This document shows, in pieces, positions 19,597 through 29,405 of a stretch of 56,047 bases of DNA. Source of the DNA: an uncultured Lachnospiraceae bacterium (lineage in GTDB: Bacteria > Bacillota > Clostridia > Lachnospirales > Lachnospiraceae); assembly GCA_905234525.1 (NCBI GenBank), contig CAJOIL010000004.1, forward strand, positions 1-56,047, given 5' to 3'. A program made the translations under genes and the position numbers. Under the pieces are notes generated by a model. That model worked only from the letters and a program-made list of their open reading frames with translations, searched no databases and had not been told where the DNA came from. Position 1 is the first letter of the stretch; the number at the start of each line of letters is the position of its first letter.

Positions 19597-21345
19597 TTAT
19601 GCTAACTTTTGCACATCATCTATCGATTGAGCATTATATAATTTATAGTATAATCCCTTATTTGCAATAAGTTCACTGTGCGAACCTAACTCCTTAATCT
19701 GTCCCCCGTCTATTACCATAATAATATCAGCGTCCTTAACAGTTGACAATCTATGAGCCACGACAATGGTTGTCTTGCCACTCATTATCTTATCAAAAGC
19801 CTTCTGTATCAGCTGTTCGTTCAAAACATCTATAGAAGACGTTGCCTCATCAAGCAAAACCACCTTCGAATCTCGAAGCATCAGTCTTGTTATACATATT
19901 AATTGCTTCTGTCCCTCTGACAAATTCTCATCTGTCACTATACTATCATATCCATTGTAAAGATTCATAATAAAATCATGTGCATAGCATTCCTTGGCTG
20001 CATTAATGGCATCCTGTCTTGTTGAATTCACATTTCCCATAAGAATATTATCCAAGACGGTGCCGTTAATCAAGAACGGCTCTTGCAGCATTAGCCCCAT
20101 CATAGAGCGAAGCTCATCAACGGACATATCCTTAATATCCGTTCCTCCGATACTTATCCTGCCTCCACCGTAATTGTAATATTTAAGAAGCAATTTCATA
20201 ATCGTTGTCTTACCACATCCGCTTGCTCCCACAATTCCCATTTTCTTTCCGTTTGGTATGGTAAATGTGATATCGGTAATAACATCCTTTTCATTATATC
20301 CGAACGATACTTTGTCAAATGTTATGTCATAATTTGTAATCCCGTTCACGTTATCTAAGCTAGTCTCATCTGTAACTGTTAACTCACTCCTTTCAGATGG
20401 TGTGTCAATAAGCTCGTAGATTCTTCCAAGACACACAACAGAATTCTGAAGCTCCGTAACAACCGATGAGATATCGTTAAACGGCTTGGCAAACTGCGAT
20501 GCATACGCAAGAAAGCTTGTAAGTCCACCGATTGTGATGCTGCCTTCAAGTGCAAAATACGCGCCAAGGAGTGTCATAAGCGCATAGCAAATCGCATTGA
20601 CAAGTCTCGTCATCGGATTGGTTAGCGAAGAATAATACGTTGCCCTTCTTGATGCCTCTTCAACATTTCCGTTAACATTGTCAAAACGTTTTTTAAAATA
20701 GTCTTCTGCACCCTCGTAATTAATCACCTGCTTCATGGCAATAATATCAGACGACACATCCGTAAGAAATGCCCTTGCCTTTGCCTGCTTATCAAAATAC
20801 ACATTACATCTTGTAGCAATAAATCTCGCCACAAAAATCGAAAGCGGCGTCAGTATAACAACAGCAATTGCAAGAATAACATTTACCCTAATCATAAATA
20901 TCAGCGTAATAATTATCGTAACAATTCCTATGAAGAATTGATTAAAGCCAAGCAAAAGACCATCGCTTACTCCGTCAGCATCTACAATAATTCTGCTTAT
21001 AACATCACCCTCGCTGTGTTCATCAACAAATTGCAGCTTGCAATCCACAAAGCTTTTGAAGGCTCTTTGTCTGAGGTCGGACGAAATACCATATACAATT
21101 CGATTATTAAGCCCATTCATAAACCATAAAAACAACGCGCTAAGCATAATTGCCACAGCCATCTTACGTATAACTACAATAAGACCGTCAAAATCGACAT
21201 TATTGGCACCTACTATCATATCCATACCTTGACCCATCAGAATCGGCACAAACAAAGACAGACATGTAGAAACAACGGCGCACAAAAGCGACAAAACAAA
21301 TATCCATATGTAATTCTTATAATCCGATATAAGTCTCTTTAGCAT
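19597..21345 (-). CDS. ABC exporter subunit (TMD-NBD fusion) with a canonical ATPase site
   Basis: Six-helix TMD. Walker A GASGCGKTT, Q-loop LQEP, signature LSEGQKQ, Walker B VVLLDEATSSID, H-loop VVAHRLST. Confidence 0.9.
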   Translation of the reverse strand: MLKRLISDYKNYIWIFVLSLLCAVVSTCLSLFVPILMGQGMDMIVGANNVDFDGLIVVIRKMAVAIMLSALFLWFMNGLNNRIVYGISSDLRQRAFKSFVDCKLQFVDEHSEGDVISRIIVDADGVSDGLLLGFNQFFIGIVTIIITLIFMIRVNVILAIAVVILTPLSIFVARFIATRCNVYFDKQAKARAFLTDVSSDIIAMKQVINYEGAEDYFKKRFDNVNGNVEEASRRATYYSSLTNPMTRLVNAICYALMTLLGAYFALEGSITIGGLTSFLAYASQFAKPFNDISSVVTELQNSVVCLGRIYELIDTPSERSELTVTDETSLDNVNGITNYDITFDKVSFGYNEKDVITDITFTIPNGKKMGIVGASGCGKTTIMKLLLKYYNYGGGRISIGGTDIKDMSVDELRSMMGLMLQEPFLINGTVLDNILMGNVNSTRQDAINAAKECYAHDFIMNLYNGYDSIVTDENLSEGQKQLICITRLMLRDSKVVLLDEATSSIDVLNEQLIQKAFDKIMSGKTTIVVAHRLSTVKDADIIMVIDGGQIKELGSHSELIANKGLYYKLYNAQSIDDVQKLA

Positions 21346-21363
21346 ATAAATAACATCTCTTTC

Positions 21364-22983
21364 TCAGTTAGCCTTCGGATACTGAGCATAGTACATCTTT
21401 GAATATAACTCGCATCTTACTAACAGTTCATTGTGATTACCCTCATCAATTAACCTGCCACCGTCAATCACCAATATTCTGTCAGCTCTCATAACGGCAC
21501 TTACCTTCTGCGATGCAATTATTACGGACATATCAGAGCCTAACATGTTATCGATTATTGTCCTCTCAGTTATCATATCAAGCGGATTGGTAACATCATC
21601 CATAAGAAGAATATCAGGCTTCTTATACAACGCCCTTGCAAGTGCAAGTCGCTTCTTCTGACCTGTCGAGAGATTATTCGCACCCTTATTAAGTTGCGAA
21701 TCAGCTCCTCCTTTAATGTCAATCACATTAGTAAACTCGCTTAAATCAGCAGCACGCTTAACGTCTGCATCAACCGATTCCTTTTCACCGTCTTCACTCA
21801 GCTTATTTATTGCAATATTCTCAGCAATGCTTCCGGCAAAAAAGCTGTCCTCCTGCGGCACATATCCGATTTTTGATTTGTTTTCGGCATTATCCATATA
21901 TACGCTGAGCAAAAGGCTTTTCCCGGAACCTGTAGGCCCGATAATACCGATTTTTTCGCCCTTTTCAATATCCTTTAAATTATTATCAACAACAGCTCTA
22001 ATTGATTTAACAACGGGTGTATCTTCAATTGTGTCCGTATTATCGGACATATCTATGACATGGGCAATCCTGTCAGCACTCGGTATGCCCTTCATAAGCA
22101 ACACTATAAGCGATGCCATTTTAATAAGCTCTATCAATATCTGTGACATATAGTTAAGAAGCGCAACAACCTCTCCCGTAGATAAAGTCCCCGTATCTAC
22201 TTTGCCGCCACCGAAATAAAGTATCAGTATTATTCCGATATTAACCAGCGCAAACGTTAACGGATTAAGAATATTAGATACCCTTCCGACAGTAAGCTGC
22301 TTATTATACAAATCACTGACTTCCCCTTCAAATTTGTCCTTCTCATCATCCTGAATAACAAAGCCTCTGATTACCTTAGCACCTCCATAATCGTTTTTGA
22401 TTCTGTTAATAAGAGTGTCTATTCTCTTTTGTATATCATTAATGCGTGGCAACGTAATTCTCATTACAGCATATATACAAATAGCAAGCACAACAATTAC
22501 AGAGCCTATAACAATCGACATCTTCGCATCAATAAGCATCGACATAACAAATGCTCCGATTACAATAAACGGAGACCTCAAAAAAAGTCTTAGGAACAAA
22601 TTAAGCGCATTTTGAACCTGATTAACATCACTTGTCATTCTTGTCAGAAGTGTAGCTTTGCCAATCTGTCTGTATCGACCCTTATCCATATTTAAAATAG
22701 AATTATTGAGATCCTTTCTGATGGCATATGCCGTACCGGTTGCTGCCTTCGCAGCAAAAAATTGCGCAGTCAGTGCAACGCAAGCACCGATTAACGCAAC
22801 CGCTATCATAAGGACTGCCATCTTAATAATATAGCTAACATTTCCTCCGCCTATTCCATTATCAATAATTGCAGCCACAACAAAAGGCACCAATAACTCA
22901 AAAATTGCTTCAAGCATTTTGAATAAAGGTGCCATTATGCTTTCTTTCTTGTATGCGGACATATATTTTAATACAAATCGCAT
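21364..22983 (-). CDS. ABC exporter subunit (TMD-NBD fusion) with a degenerate ATPase site
   Basis: Walker A GPTGSGKS and signature LSTGQKKR are present. Walker B is ILLMDDV (Asp in place of the catalytic Glu), and the H-loop His is replaced (IIASQKVS). Confidence 0.88.
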   Translation of the reverse strand: MRFVLKYMSAYKKESIMAPLFKMLEAIFELLVPFVVAAIIDNGIGGGNVSYIIKMAVLMIAVALIGACVALTAQFFAAKAATGTAYAIRKDLNNSILNMDKGRYRQIGKATLLTRMTSDVNQVQNALNLFLRLFLRSPFIVIGAFVMSMLIDAKMSIVIGSVIVVLAICIYAVMRITLPRINDIQKRIDTLINRIKNDYGGAKVIRGFVIQDDEKDKFEGEVSDLYNKQLTVGRVSNILNPLTFALVNIGIILILYFGGGKVDTGTLSTGEVVALLNYMSQILIELIKMASLIVLLMKGIPSADRIAHVIDMSDNTDTIEDTPVVKSIRAVVDNNLKDIEKGEKIGIIGPTGSGKSLLLSVYMDNAENKSKIGYVPQEDSFFAGSIAENIAINKLSEDGEKESVDADVKRAADLSEFTNVIDIKGGADSQLNKGANNLSTGQKKRLALARALYKKPDILLMDDVTNPLDMITERTIIDNMLGSDMSVIIASQKVSAVMRADRILVIDGGRLIDEGNHNELLVRCELYSKMYYAQYPKAN

Positions 22984-23018
22984 TACTTAAGTTCCTTTAA
23001 TACCAGCATGGGATAATA

Positions 23019-23696
23019 CTACTTTGTTGAATTTGAAGCTGCTGTGCTGTTCGTTGATGCTTCACTGAATAAATCATCTACTACAAGCTGCTTTTTTAAG
23101 TCTTCATCTACATTGAATTCCATCTTCGACTTCCATTCATCTACCTTATTGTCAACATATGTCGAAGAAGTTGTTGTATCGTTAATCTCTCCTGCTGCCT
23201 TAGCCTTTGCAATCATTGCCTCTTCCACCTTAGCCACATATGTCATGTCAGTCAAAAACTCCTTAACCACATCCTTATCTGCTCCGAGTGCATTAAGCGC
23301 AGCCGATGAATTGCCGTTAATAAACTTAGTTGTTGCATCATCAATAGCCTTGGTATCAGCGTCAGTAAGCTTTACACCATACTCATCAGCATGCTTCTTG
23401 ATAACATATTGCTCTTCTAACGTATCTATTACATTATCCCTTATTTCATCTGCAAAGGTCGAACCGCTTCCGGTAAGATCCTGCGACCACATAGTTGAAC
23501 CATAGGATGAACCGTAATTAACATCATATCTCGCCTGATCATATTTGAATGCGAAATTAGCATATCCTAATGTAATCTTATCCTCGCCATTATTAATATC
23601 TATTAACGCCGAATCATAATTTCTGATTTTGCAACCGGTAATTAATGTTGCCATAACGACAAGTATCATTCCAAGTGCCATTAACTTCTTCTTCAT
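23019..23696 (-). CDS. Lipoprotein with a PrsA/SurA N-terminal-like chaperone domain; no rotamase domain
   Basis: The start was set at the internal ATG 23696 (MKKKLMALGMILVVMATLITGC, lipobox), which has AAAGGAG upstream. The helical region resembles the N-terminal domain of PrsA-type foldases, and the position after mfd is typical. Confidence 0.5.
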   Translation of the reverse strand: MKKKLMALGMILVVMATLITGCKIRNYDSALIDINNGEDKITLGYANFAFKYDQARYDVNYGSSYGSTMWSQDLTGSGSTFADEIRDNVIDTLEEQYVIKKHADEYGVKLTDADTKAIDDATTKFINGNSSAALNALGADKDVVKEFLTDMTYVAKVEEAMIAKAKAAGEINDTTTSSTYVDNKVDEWKSKMEFNVDEDLKKQLVVDDLFSEASTNSTAASNSTK

Positions 23697-23752
23697 ATAC
23701 GTACTCCTTTTCAAAACGCTACAATATACTATACATTTTTTATCTGATTTAT

Positions 23753-26700
23753 TCAAGCCGTTTTGTCTTCTCTTATGTCTTGCAATGCATTAAGAAAGCC
23801 CAGCAAATACTCATATTTTTCACCCTTTTGCTCCTTCTCATACGCATGTGTATTGTATACAAATACAGATTCCTTGGGATTGGCTGAAAATGTTATATAC
23901 GGATAATATTTTTCAACCAAATCAGGTATTTTAACAGGATTAAGCTTTGCCTTATTGTACATCACAATCTTAATATCTTTACCCTTCTCGGAAATTTTGG
24001 TTACATATGCAGCCTCAGCGTTATATTTTATCTTTGCAATATACAAAAGGTTTTTCACCGACAAAGGCATTTCTCCGAATCTGTCAATAATCTCATCTCT
24101 GATTGCTTCGCTCGAAGCTTCATCCCTTATCTCCGATATTCTCTTATACATATCAAGCTTATATACCTCATCGGAAATATAATCCGCAGGGATATACGCA
24201 CTCAGATCAATATCAACCTCAACATTATACATTATCGGCTCTTTATCGCCTCTTTCAGCGCTTACAGCTTGATTAAGCATCTTGCAATACAAATCATAGC
24301 CAACTGCCTCCATATGCCCATGCTGCTCCTTGCCGAGCAGGTTACCGGCACCGCGTATCTCCAGGTCACGAAGCGCTATCTTATAGCCACTGCCAAGGTC
24401 GGAAAACTCCTTAATTGCAGATAGTCGCTTCTCAGCCACCTCCTTAAGTATCTTACCCTTCTTATACATGAAAAAAGCATACGCCATCCTATTGCTTCTT
24501 CCGATACGCCCTCTAAGCTGATATAGCTGTGACAATCCCAGCTTCTCCGCATCATGAATAATCATGGTATTGACATTTGGAATATCCATTCCTATCTCAA
24601 TAATCGTTGTAGAAATAAGCACATCTATTTCACCGTTGACAAAATCGGTCATTATACGCTCCAATTTAGTCTCACTCATCTGACCATGCGCATATGCTAT
24701 ATTAGCCTCGGGTACAAGCTCCTTAATCTTAGCTGTAATGTCAGCTATTGTCTTGACACGATTGTATACATAATAGACCTGTCCACCCCTGTGCAGCTCT
24801 CTTAAAATCGCATCTCTTACAAGCTCTTCATTGTAGTCCGATACAAATGTCTGAATCGGCATTCTATCCACGGGAGCATCCTCTAATACACTCATATCTC
24901 TTATTCCGATAAGACTCATATGCAATGTCCTCGGAATCGGCGTAGCACTTAAGCACATAACATCCACATTCTTCCTAAGCGCTTTGATTTTCTCCTTATG
25001 CTTAACACCGAAGCGTTGCTCTTCATCAATAATAAGAAGCCCCAAATCCTTGTAGCTGACATCATTGGAAAGTGCTCTGTGGGTTCCGATTACAACATCT
25101 ACTTTGCCTGATTTTAAACCTTCAATCGTCTCCTTAATCTCCGCGGTTGTTCGAAATCTGCTAAGAAGACCCACATTGCAGGGATAATCCTTCATTCTTT
25201 GTTCAAATGTATTATAATGCTGCTGCGCAAGAATAGTAGTCGGACAAAGCATCACCACCTGCTTTCCTTCCTGCACCGCCTTAAACGCAGCTCTTATGGC
25301 AATCTCCGTCTTGCCGTAACCAACATCCCCGCAGATAAGTCTATCCATTATCTTATTGCTTTGCATATCCTCCTTAACTGCCTCTATAGCCTCTAGCTGA
25401 CCGGCAGTTTCTTCATACGGAAATGTTTCTTCAAATTCCTTCTGCCATACGGTATCCGGACCATATACATAACCGGTATTCTGTTGACGCAGAGCATATA
25501 GCTCAACCAATTCCTTGGCCACTTCACCGACGGATTTCTCCACATTTTGCTTAAGACGTGACCAGCTCGCGTTACCAAGGGTGTTTAGCTTTGGCTTCTT
25601 AGACTCGGTTCCGCCGTATTTTTGGATTACATCAAATGATGATGCCAATATATGCAAATTACTCTTATCCGCATATTCTATCTTAATGTAATCCTTCATT
25701 ACACCGTCGACTTCTATCTTATCAAGACCGCGATATATGCCGATTCCATGATTCTCATGAACCACATAATCGCCAATATTAATGTCCTGTAGGGATCTGA
25801 ATTTTTCGCCCGAATATTGCTTTTTGCGTCTCCTTTTAGCTACCGTGTTAGAACCGAATATATCATTCTCGGTTATTAATGCAAAACCACACTCTGACAG
25901 CTCAAAGCCCTTTGCTATATCGCTAACCGTAACAAGTATTTCTCCTTTGGCAACCGTCTTTAATTGGTCCTCGGAATAATACGCATTAAGCTCTCTGTCA
26001 AACAAATCCTTTGCTAATCTCTTTGCCTTGGTTCGAGAAGCACTTGTAATTACAACCCCGGCATTTTTCTTCTTATACTTACCAAGGTCACTTACAAGCG
26101 ACTCAAAGCTTCCCATGTAGTTAGACACCGATACAGCCTTGATATAATAGCTTTTGCTTATTTTAATTCCTTTTATTTTGTTATCCAAGGATGAAAATAC
26201 AACACTCTTAAATCCATTAAGCCTAGACATAATTTCATCAGTGGATTTAATCATCTCAAGCTGTTTGGGTAGTAAATACCCCTTCTCAAGTCGTCTTGTC
26301 ATGCTTTCATAAAACAAATTCCGGCTTATTTCTAATTCATCCTCCAGTCCCCTTGCATCATCATAAATAATCAGGGAATCATTTGGCAAATAATCAAGAA
26401 TCGTATACGTATTATCAAGAAAATAGGTCATATAAGATTCAACTTTCTCAAAGCCCCAGCCTTCTCTTATCTCCTCTATTGCTTCATCAATCGTCTTCTT
26501 TAGCTGAGCCGCTTCTTCAGTTTTAAAATCACTCCTAAGCTTATCATACAGAGCATCTCTGTCTTCCTCCATATGATTTAATCCTCTTATAATATCTTCA
26601 TCCGAGAGCACCATTTCGCCGGCCGGCTCTACTATGGCGCAATCTATCTTATCGATAGAGGTCTGACTTTCCGCAGAAAATGTCCTTATAGAATCTACTT

Positions 26701-27283
26701 CATCACCAAACAATTCTATCCTTACGGGTCTGTCACTTGTAAGCGGATAAACATCTATTATTCCGCCTCTTACCGTAAATTCTCCGGGATGCTCAACTCT
26801 TGTCACATAATCAAAGCCAAATTTAATAAGTTCATTTCTCCACAGCTTCAAATCGATTGTATCGCCGATTTCAGCCTTCAAGGAATTTCCGGCAAATACT
26901 TCCTTAGCCGGTATACAATTTGCAAGTCCCTCAACACTTACAAATACCGTTGCTCTTTCGCCGTGAAGAATTGCTTCAATCGCTTCAAGTCGCTCTTTGG
27001 TAAGCGCATTGCCTCTGATATCGGACTGATAAAAAATAATATCCTTGGCAGGGAAAATTACGCATGTATCATCATATGACAACACACTGTTATATAATTC
27101 CCTGGCTCTTGAATCATCTCTTGCAATTACCAAGGTCACATTTGACGATAACGCATTAATAAGCGCCGGTCTTACCGCTTCAATGCAACCGTTAACCTCA
27201 TAATTATCGGTTCCTCTATCAAGCAAGCTCTTCAATTCATTAAAGCCGACTAATTCAGTAAAAGGCTCAGCGAAAGCTCTCAT
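23753..27283 (-). CDS. mfd: Transcription-repair coupling factor
   Basis: 1176 aa with a UvrB-homology N-terminus, a CarD-like domain (IGDYVVHENHGIG), helicase motifs GDVGYGKTEIA and DEEQRFG, and a TRG motif region. Synteny with pth. Confidence 0.97.
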   Translation of the reverse strand: MRAFAEPFTELVGFNELKSLLDRGTDNYEVNGCIEAVRPALINALSSNVTLVIARDDSRARELYNSVLSYDDTCVIFPAKDIIFYQSDIRGNALTKERLEAIEAILHGERATVFVSVEGLANCIPAKEVFAGNSLKAEIGDTIDLKLWRNELIKFGFDYVTRVEHPGEFTVRGGIIDVYPLTSDRPVRIELFGDEVDSIRTFSAESQTSIDKIDCAIVEPAGEMVLSDEDIIRGLNHMEEDRDALYDKLRSDFKTEEAAQLKKTIDEAIEEIREGWGFEKVESYMTYFLDNTYTILDYLPNDSLIIYDDARGLEDELEISRNLFYESMTRRLEKGYLLPKQLEMIKSTDEIMSRLNGFKSVVFSSLDNKIKGIKISKSYYIKAVSVSNYMGSFESLVSDLGKYKKKNAGVVITSASRTKAKRLAKDLFDRELNAYYSEDQLKTVAKGEILVTVSDIAKGFELSECGFALITENDIFGSNTVAKRRRKKQYSGEKFRSLQDINIGDYVVHENHGIGIYRGLDKIEVDGVMKDYIKIEYADKSNLHILASSFDVIQKYGGTESKKPKLNTLGNASWSRLKQNVEKSVGEVAKELVELYALRQQNTGYVYGPDTVWQKEFEETFPYEETAGQLEAIEAVKEDMQSNKIMDRLICGDVGYGKTEIAIRAAFKAVQEGKQVVMLCPTTILAQQHYNTFEQRMKDYPCNVGLLSRFRTTAEIKETIEGLKSGKVDVVIGTHRALSNDVSYKDLGLLIIDEEQRFGVKHKEKIKALRKNVDVMCLSATPIPRTLHMSLIGIRDMSVLEDAPVDRMPIQTFVSDYNEELVRDAILRELHRGGQVYYVYNRVKTIADITAKIKELVPEANIAYAHGQMSETKLERIMTDFVNGEIDVLISTTIIEIGMDIPNVNTMIIHDAEKLGLSQLYQLRGRIGRSNRMAYAFFMYKKGKILKEVAEKRLSAIKEFSDLGSGYKIALRDLEIRGAGNLLGKEQHGHMEAVGYDLYCKMLNQAVSAERGDKEPIMYNVEVDIDLSAYIPADYISDEVYKLDMYKRISEIRDEASSEAIRDEIIDRFGEMPLSVKNLLYIAKIKYNAEAAYVTKISEKGKDIKIVMYNKAKLNPVKIPDLVEKYYPYITFSANPKESVFVYNTHAYEKEQKGEKYEYLLGFLNALQDIREDKTA

Positions 27284-27292
27284 AACCCACCT

Positions 27293-27859
27293 CTAAATCG
27301 CTCCGTTATATTTACTCATGGTCTTCTCAATTCCTTCGGAAATCGCATTTTCTATTGCAAGCGCACCAACCTCACAGCTCTTCTTAACAAGCCCCTTATC
27401 TTCTTTATCAAATCTGCCAAGTACAAAGCTGATTGTATCCCATCCTTCGTAAACCTTACCGATTCCTATCTTAAGCCTGGCAAATTCTTCTGTACCAAGA
27501 TGACTGATAATGCTTTTCAAACCATTATGTCCGCCGGCACTTCCCTTCGCTCTGAGGCGCAAAACACCCACATCCAATGACAAATCATCGGATATTACTA
27601 TCAAGTCCTCTATATCGACCTTATAATAGTCCAAAATGGCCTTAACCGCCTCGCCGCTGTTATTCATATATGTCATTGGTTTAACAAGCAAGGTCTTTTC
27701 ACCGTTAATTACAGCTTCTCCTGTTAAGGCTTTATGCTCTTTTTTCTTAACTTTAACTCCACACCTTTTGGCCAGTACATCTATTGTCTCAAAGCCTACA
27801 TTATGTCTTGTTTTAGAATATTTTAATCCGGGATTACCCAGTCCTGCAACAACATACAT
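27293..27859 (-). CDS. pth: Peptidyl-tRNA hydrolase
   Basis: GLGNPG, TRHNVGF, GGHNGLKS. Confidence 0.96.
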   Translation of the reverse strand: MYVVAGLGNPGLKYSKTRHNVGFETIDVLAKRCGVKVKKKEHKALTGEAVINGEKTLLVKPMTYMNNSGEAVKAILDYYKVDIEDLIVISDDLSLDVGVLRLRAKGSAGGHNGLKSIISHLGTEEFARLKIGIGKVYEGWDTISFVLGRFDKEDKGLVKKSCEVGALAIENAISEGIEKTMSKYNGAI

Positions 27860-28108
27860 TCGAATCCTCTTTTCTATGTTAAATCTAAATTATGTTTTTT
27901 GCACAAATCGTTATATTTTGAGAAGCATCGCAAGCTTAAGGAACTACTATATATTACCTTTTTTTATGCAGAATTTCAACATCTAGTGGATGACAAATGC
28001 GCAAATTTTTGGTACACTATAAGTGGATAAATATCTAAATTTCCCCAATGCATGTAAGAAAGGATTTTTACTACGCATTATTTCAAGGAAGAAAGGAGGG
28101 GACGTCTT

Positions 28109-29392
28109 ATGGCACGAATAGATGCAGCTTATAATTATTATCTATCTACCTATAATCCCAGGAATAATAGGTCCAAGTATGATATCCATAAGAAAAGTGA
28201 ATTAAAAGCCGCTTATAACGAGATGCTCAAGGCTAATAAAGAGTCTCCTCTGTACAAGATTAACATGGAAGACGGGGATGTTACCAAATTTGCTATTGAC
28301 CTTAAGGAGAACGCTCGTGCCGCTAAGAATGTTATCGCAGAGATATCCTCTGATGGCGATGATATGGCATCTCTCCTCAACAAAAAGGTCGCTGCATCAT
28401 CTAATGATGAATTGGTAAGCGTAGAATTTGTCGGCAATGAAGATACCGAGACCACATCAAGCTTCAATATGCAGGTTAATTCCTTAGCATCACCGCAGAT
28501 TAATACCGGTAATTTCCTGTCTGCCAAAGGATATGATTTCGAAGAAGGCCACTACTCCTTCGACCTTAATACAGTAAGCAATTCCTTCGAGTTCCAATTC
28601 AATGTCAGCCTCGGCGATAATAACTTGGATATCCAGAAGAAGATTGCAAGACTTGTTAATTCATCTGATGTCGGCCTCAAAGCCGAAGTAATAAGTAACG
28701 GCATGGATCAAAGTGCCTTGCAGTTAACCTCTAAGAACACCGGTCTTCCCGAAGGAGCCGACAAATTATTCTCTATTGAGACGAATACATCATGGGCAGA
28801 GATTAACAGACTTGGCATCAATAATATATCAACACCTGCAAGTAACTCATCATTTACGCTTAATGATACGAGTCATTCTTCAATGTCTAATACATTTACC
28901 ATTAATAAGGCATTCGAAGTTACCCTGCTTAAGCCTACAGCCGGCGAAAGTGTTAACGTAGGCTTTAAGACGAATACGGAAGCTCTTGCAGATAGCGTTA
29001 ACGATTTGGTCAACGTATATAACAACATGGTACAGATTGGAGCCAATTATTCGGTCAGCCATAACAATTCATACTTCAATGAAATGACGGGCATCGGCCG
29101 AACGCTAAGCAATCAGTTATCGGATATCGGAATAAGCCAAGGTGATGACGGTAAGCTATCAGTAGACAGAGACTCTATCACAAGCGGTGTTACGGGTGCT
29201 AATCGCGATGAGGTCTTCAAGACGCTTAATACATTTAAGAACGCTTTATCGTCAGCGGCAGATAAGACATCCGTTAACCCCATGAAATACGTCGACAAGC
29301 TATTAGTCGAATACAAGAATCCCGGCAAGAACTTTACCGCTGTATATGCCGCCAGTGCATATGCCGGAATGTTAATAAATCAGGCGTTATAA
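28109..29392 (+). CDS. Hypothetical protein with FliD-like (flagellar cap) middle and C-terminal patterns and an atypical N-terminus
   Basis: Strong RBS AAAGGAGGGG. The segments ...SSFNMQVNSLASPQ..., ...FTLNDTSHSSMSNTF..., ...VNDLVNVYNNMV... and LSDIGISQGDDGKLSVDRDSI follow the order of conserved FliD blocks, but the N-terminal GLxSGxD region and the terminal coiled coil are missing. Confidence 0.4.
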   Translation: MARIDAAYNYYLSTYNPRNNRSKYDIHKKSELKAAYNEMLKANKESPLYKINMEDGDVTKFAIDLKENARAAKNVIAEISSDGDDMASLLNKKVAASSNDELVSVEFVGNEDTETTSSFNMQVNSLASPQINTGNFLSAKGYDFEEGHYSFDLNTVSNSFEFQFNVSLGDNNLDIQKKIARLVNSSDVGLKAEVISNGMDQSALQLTSKNTGLPEGADKLFSIETNTSWAEINRLGINNISTPASNSSFTLNDTSHSSMSNTFTINKAFEVTLLKPTAGESVNVGFKTNTEALADSVNDLVNVYNNMVQIGANYSVSHNNSYFNEMTGIGRTLSNQLSDIGISQGDDGKLSVDRDSITSGVTGANRDEVFKTLNTFKNALSSAADKTSVNPMKYVDKLLVEYKNPGKNFTAVYAASAYAGMLINQAL

Positions 29393-29405
29393 ACGCCTGA
29401 TTTTT
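29378..29405. terminator. Bidirectional terminator shared by the convergent FliD-like and yhaN-like genes
   Basis: AATCAGGCGTT-ata-AACGCCTGATT followed by TTT. The stem overlaps the TAA stop of the plus-strand gene. Confidence 0.7.

Noticed and set aside
27860-28108. Looked for a sigma-28 (TAAA-N15-GCCGATAA) flagellar promoter upstream of the FliD-like gene.
   Set aside because: No CCGATA-like -10 element is present. Only a weak sigma-A-like ATGACA-17-TACACT candidate was seen, which is too weak to report.
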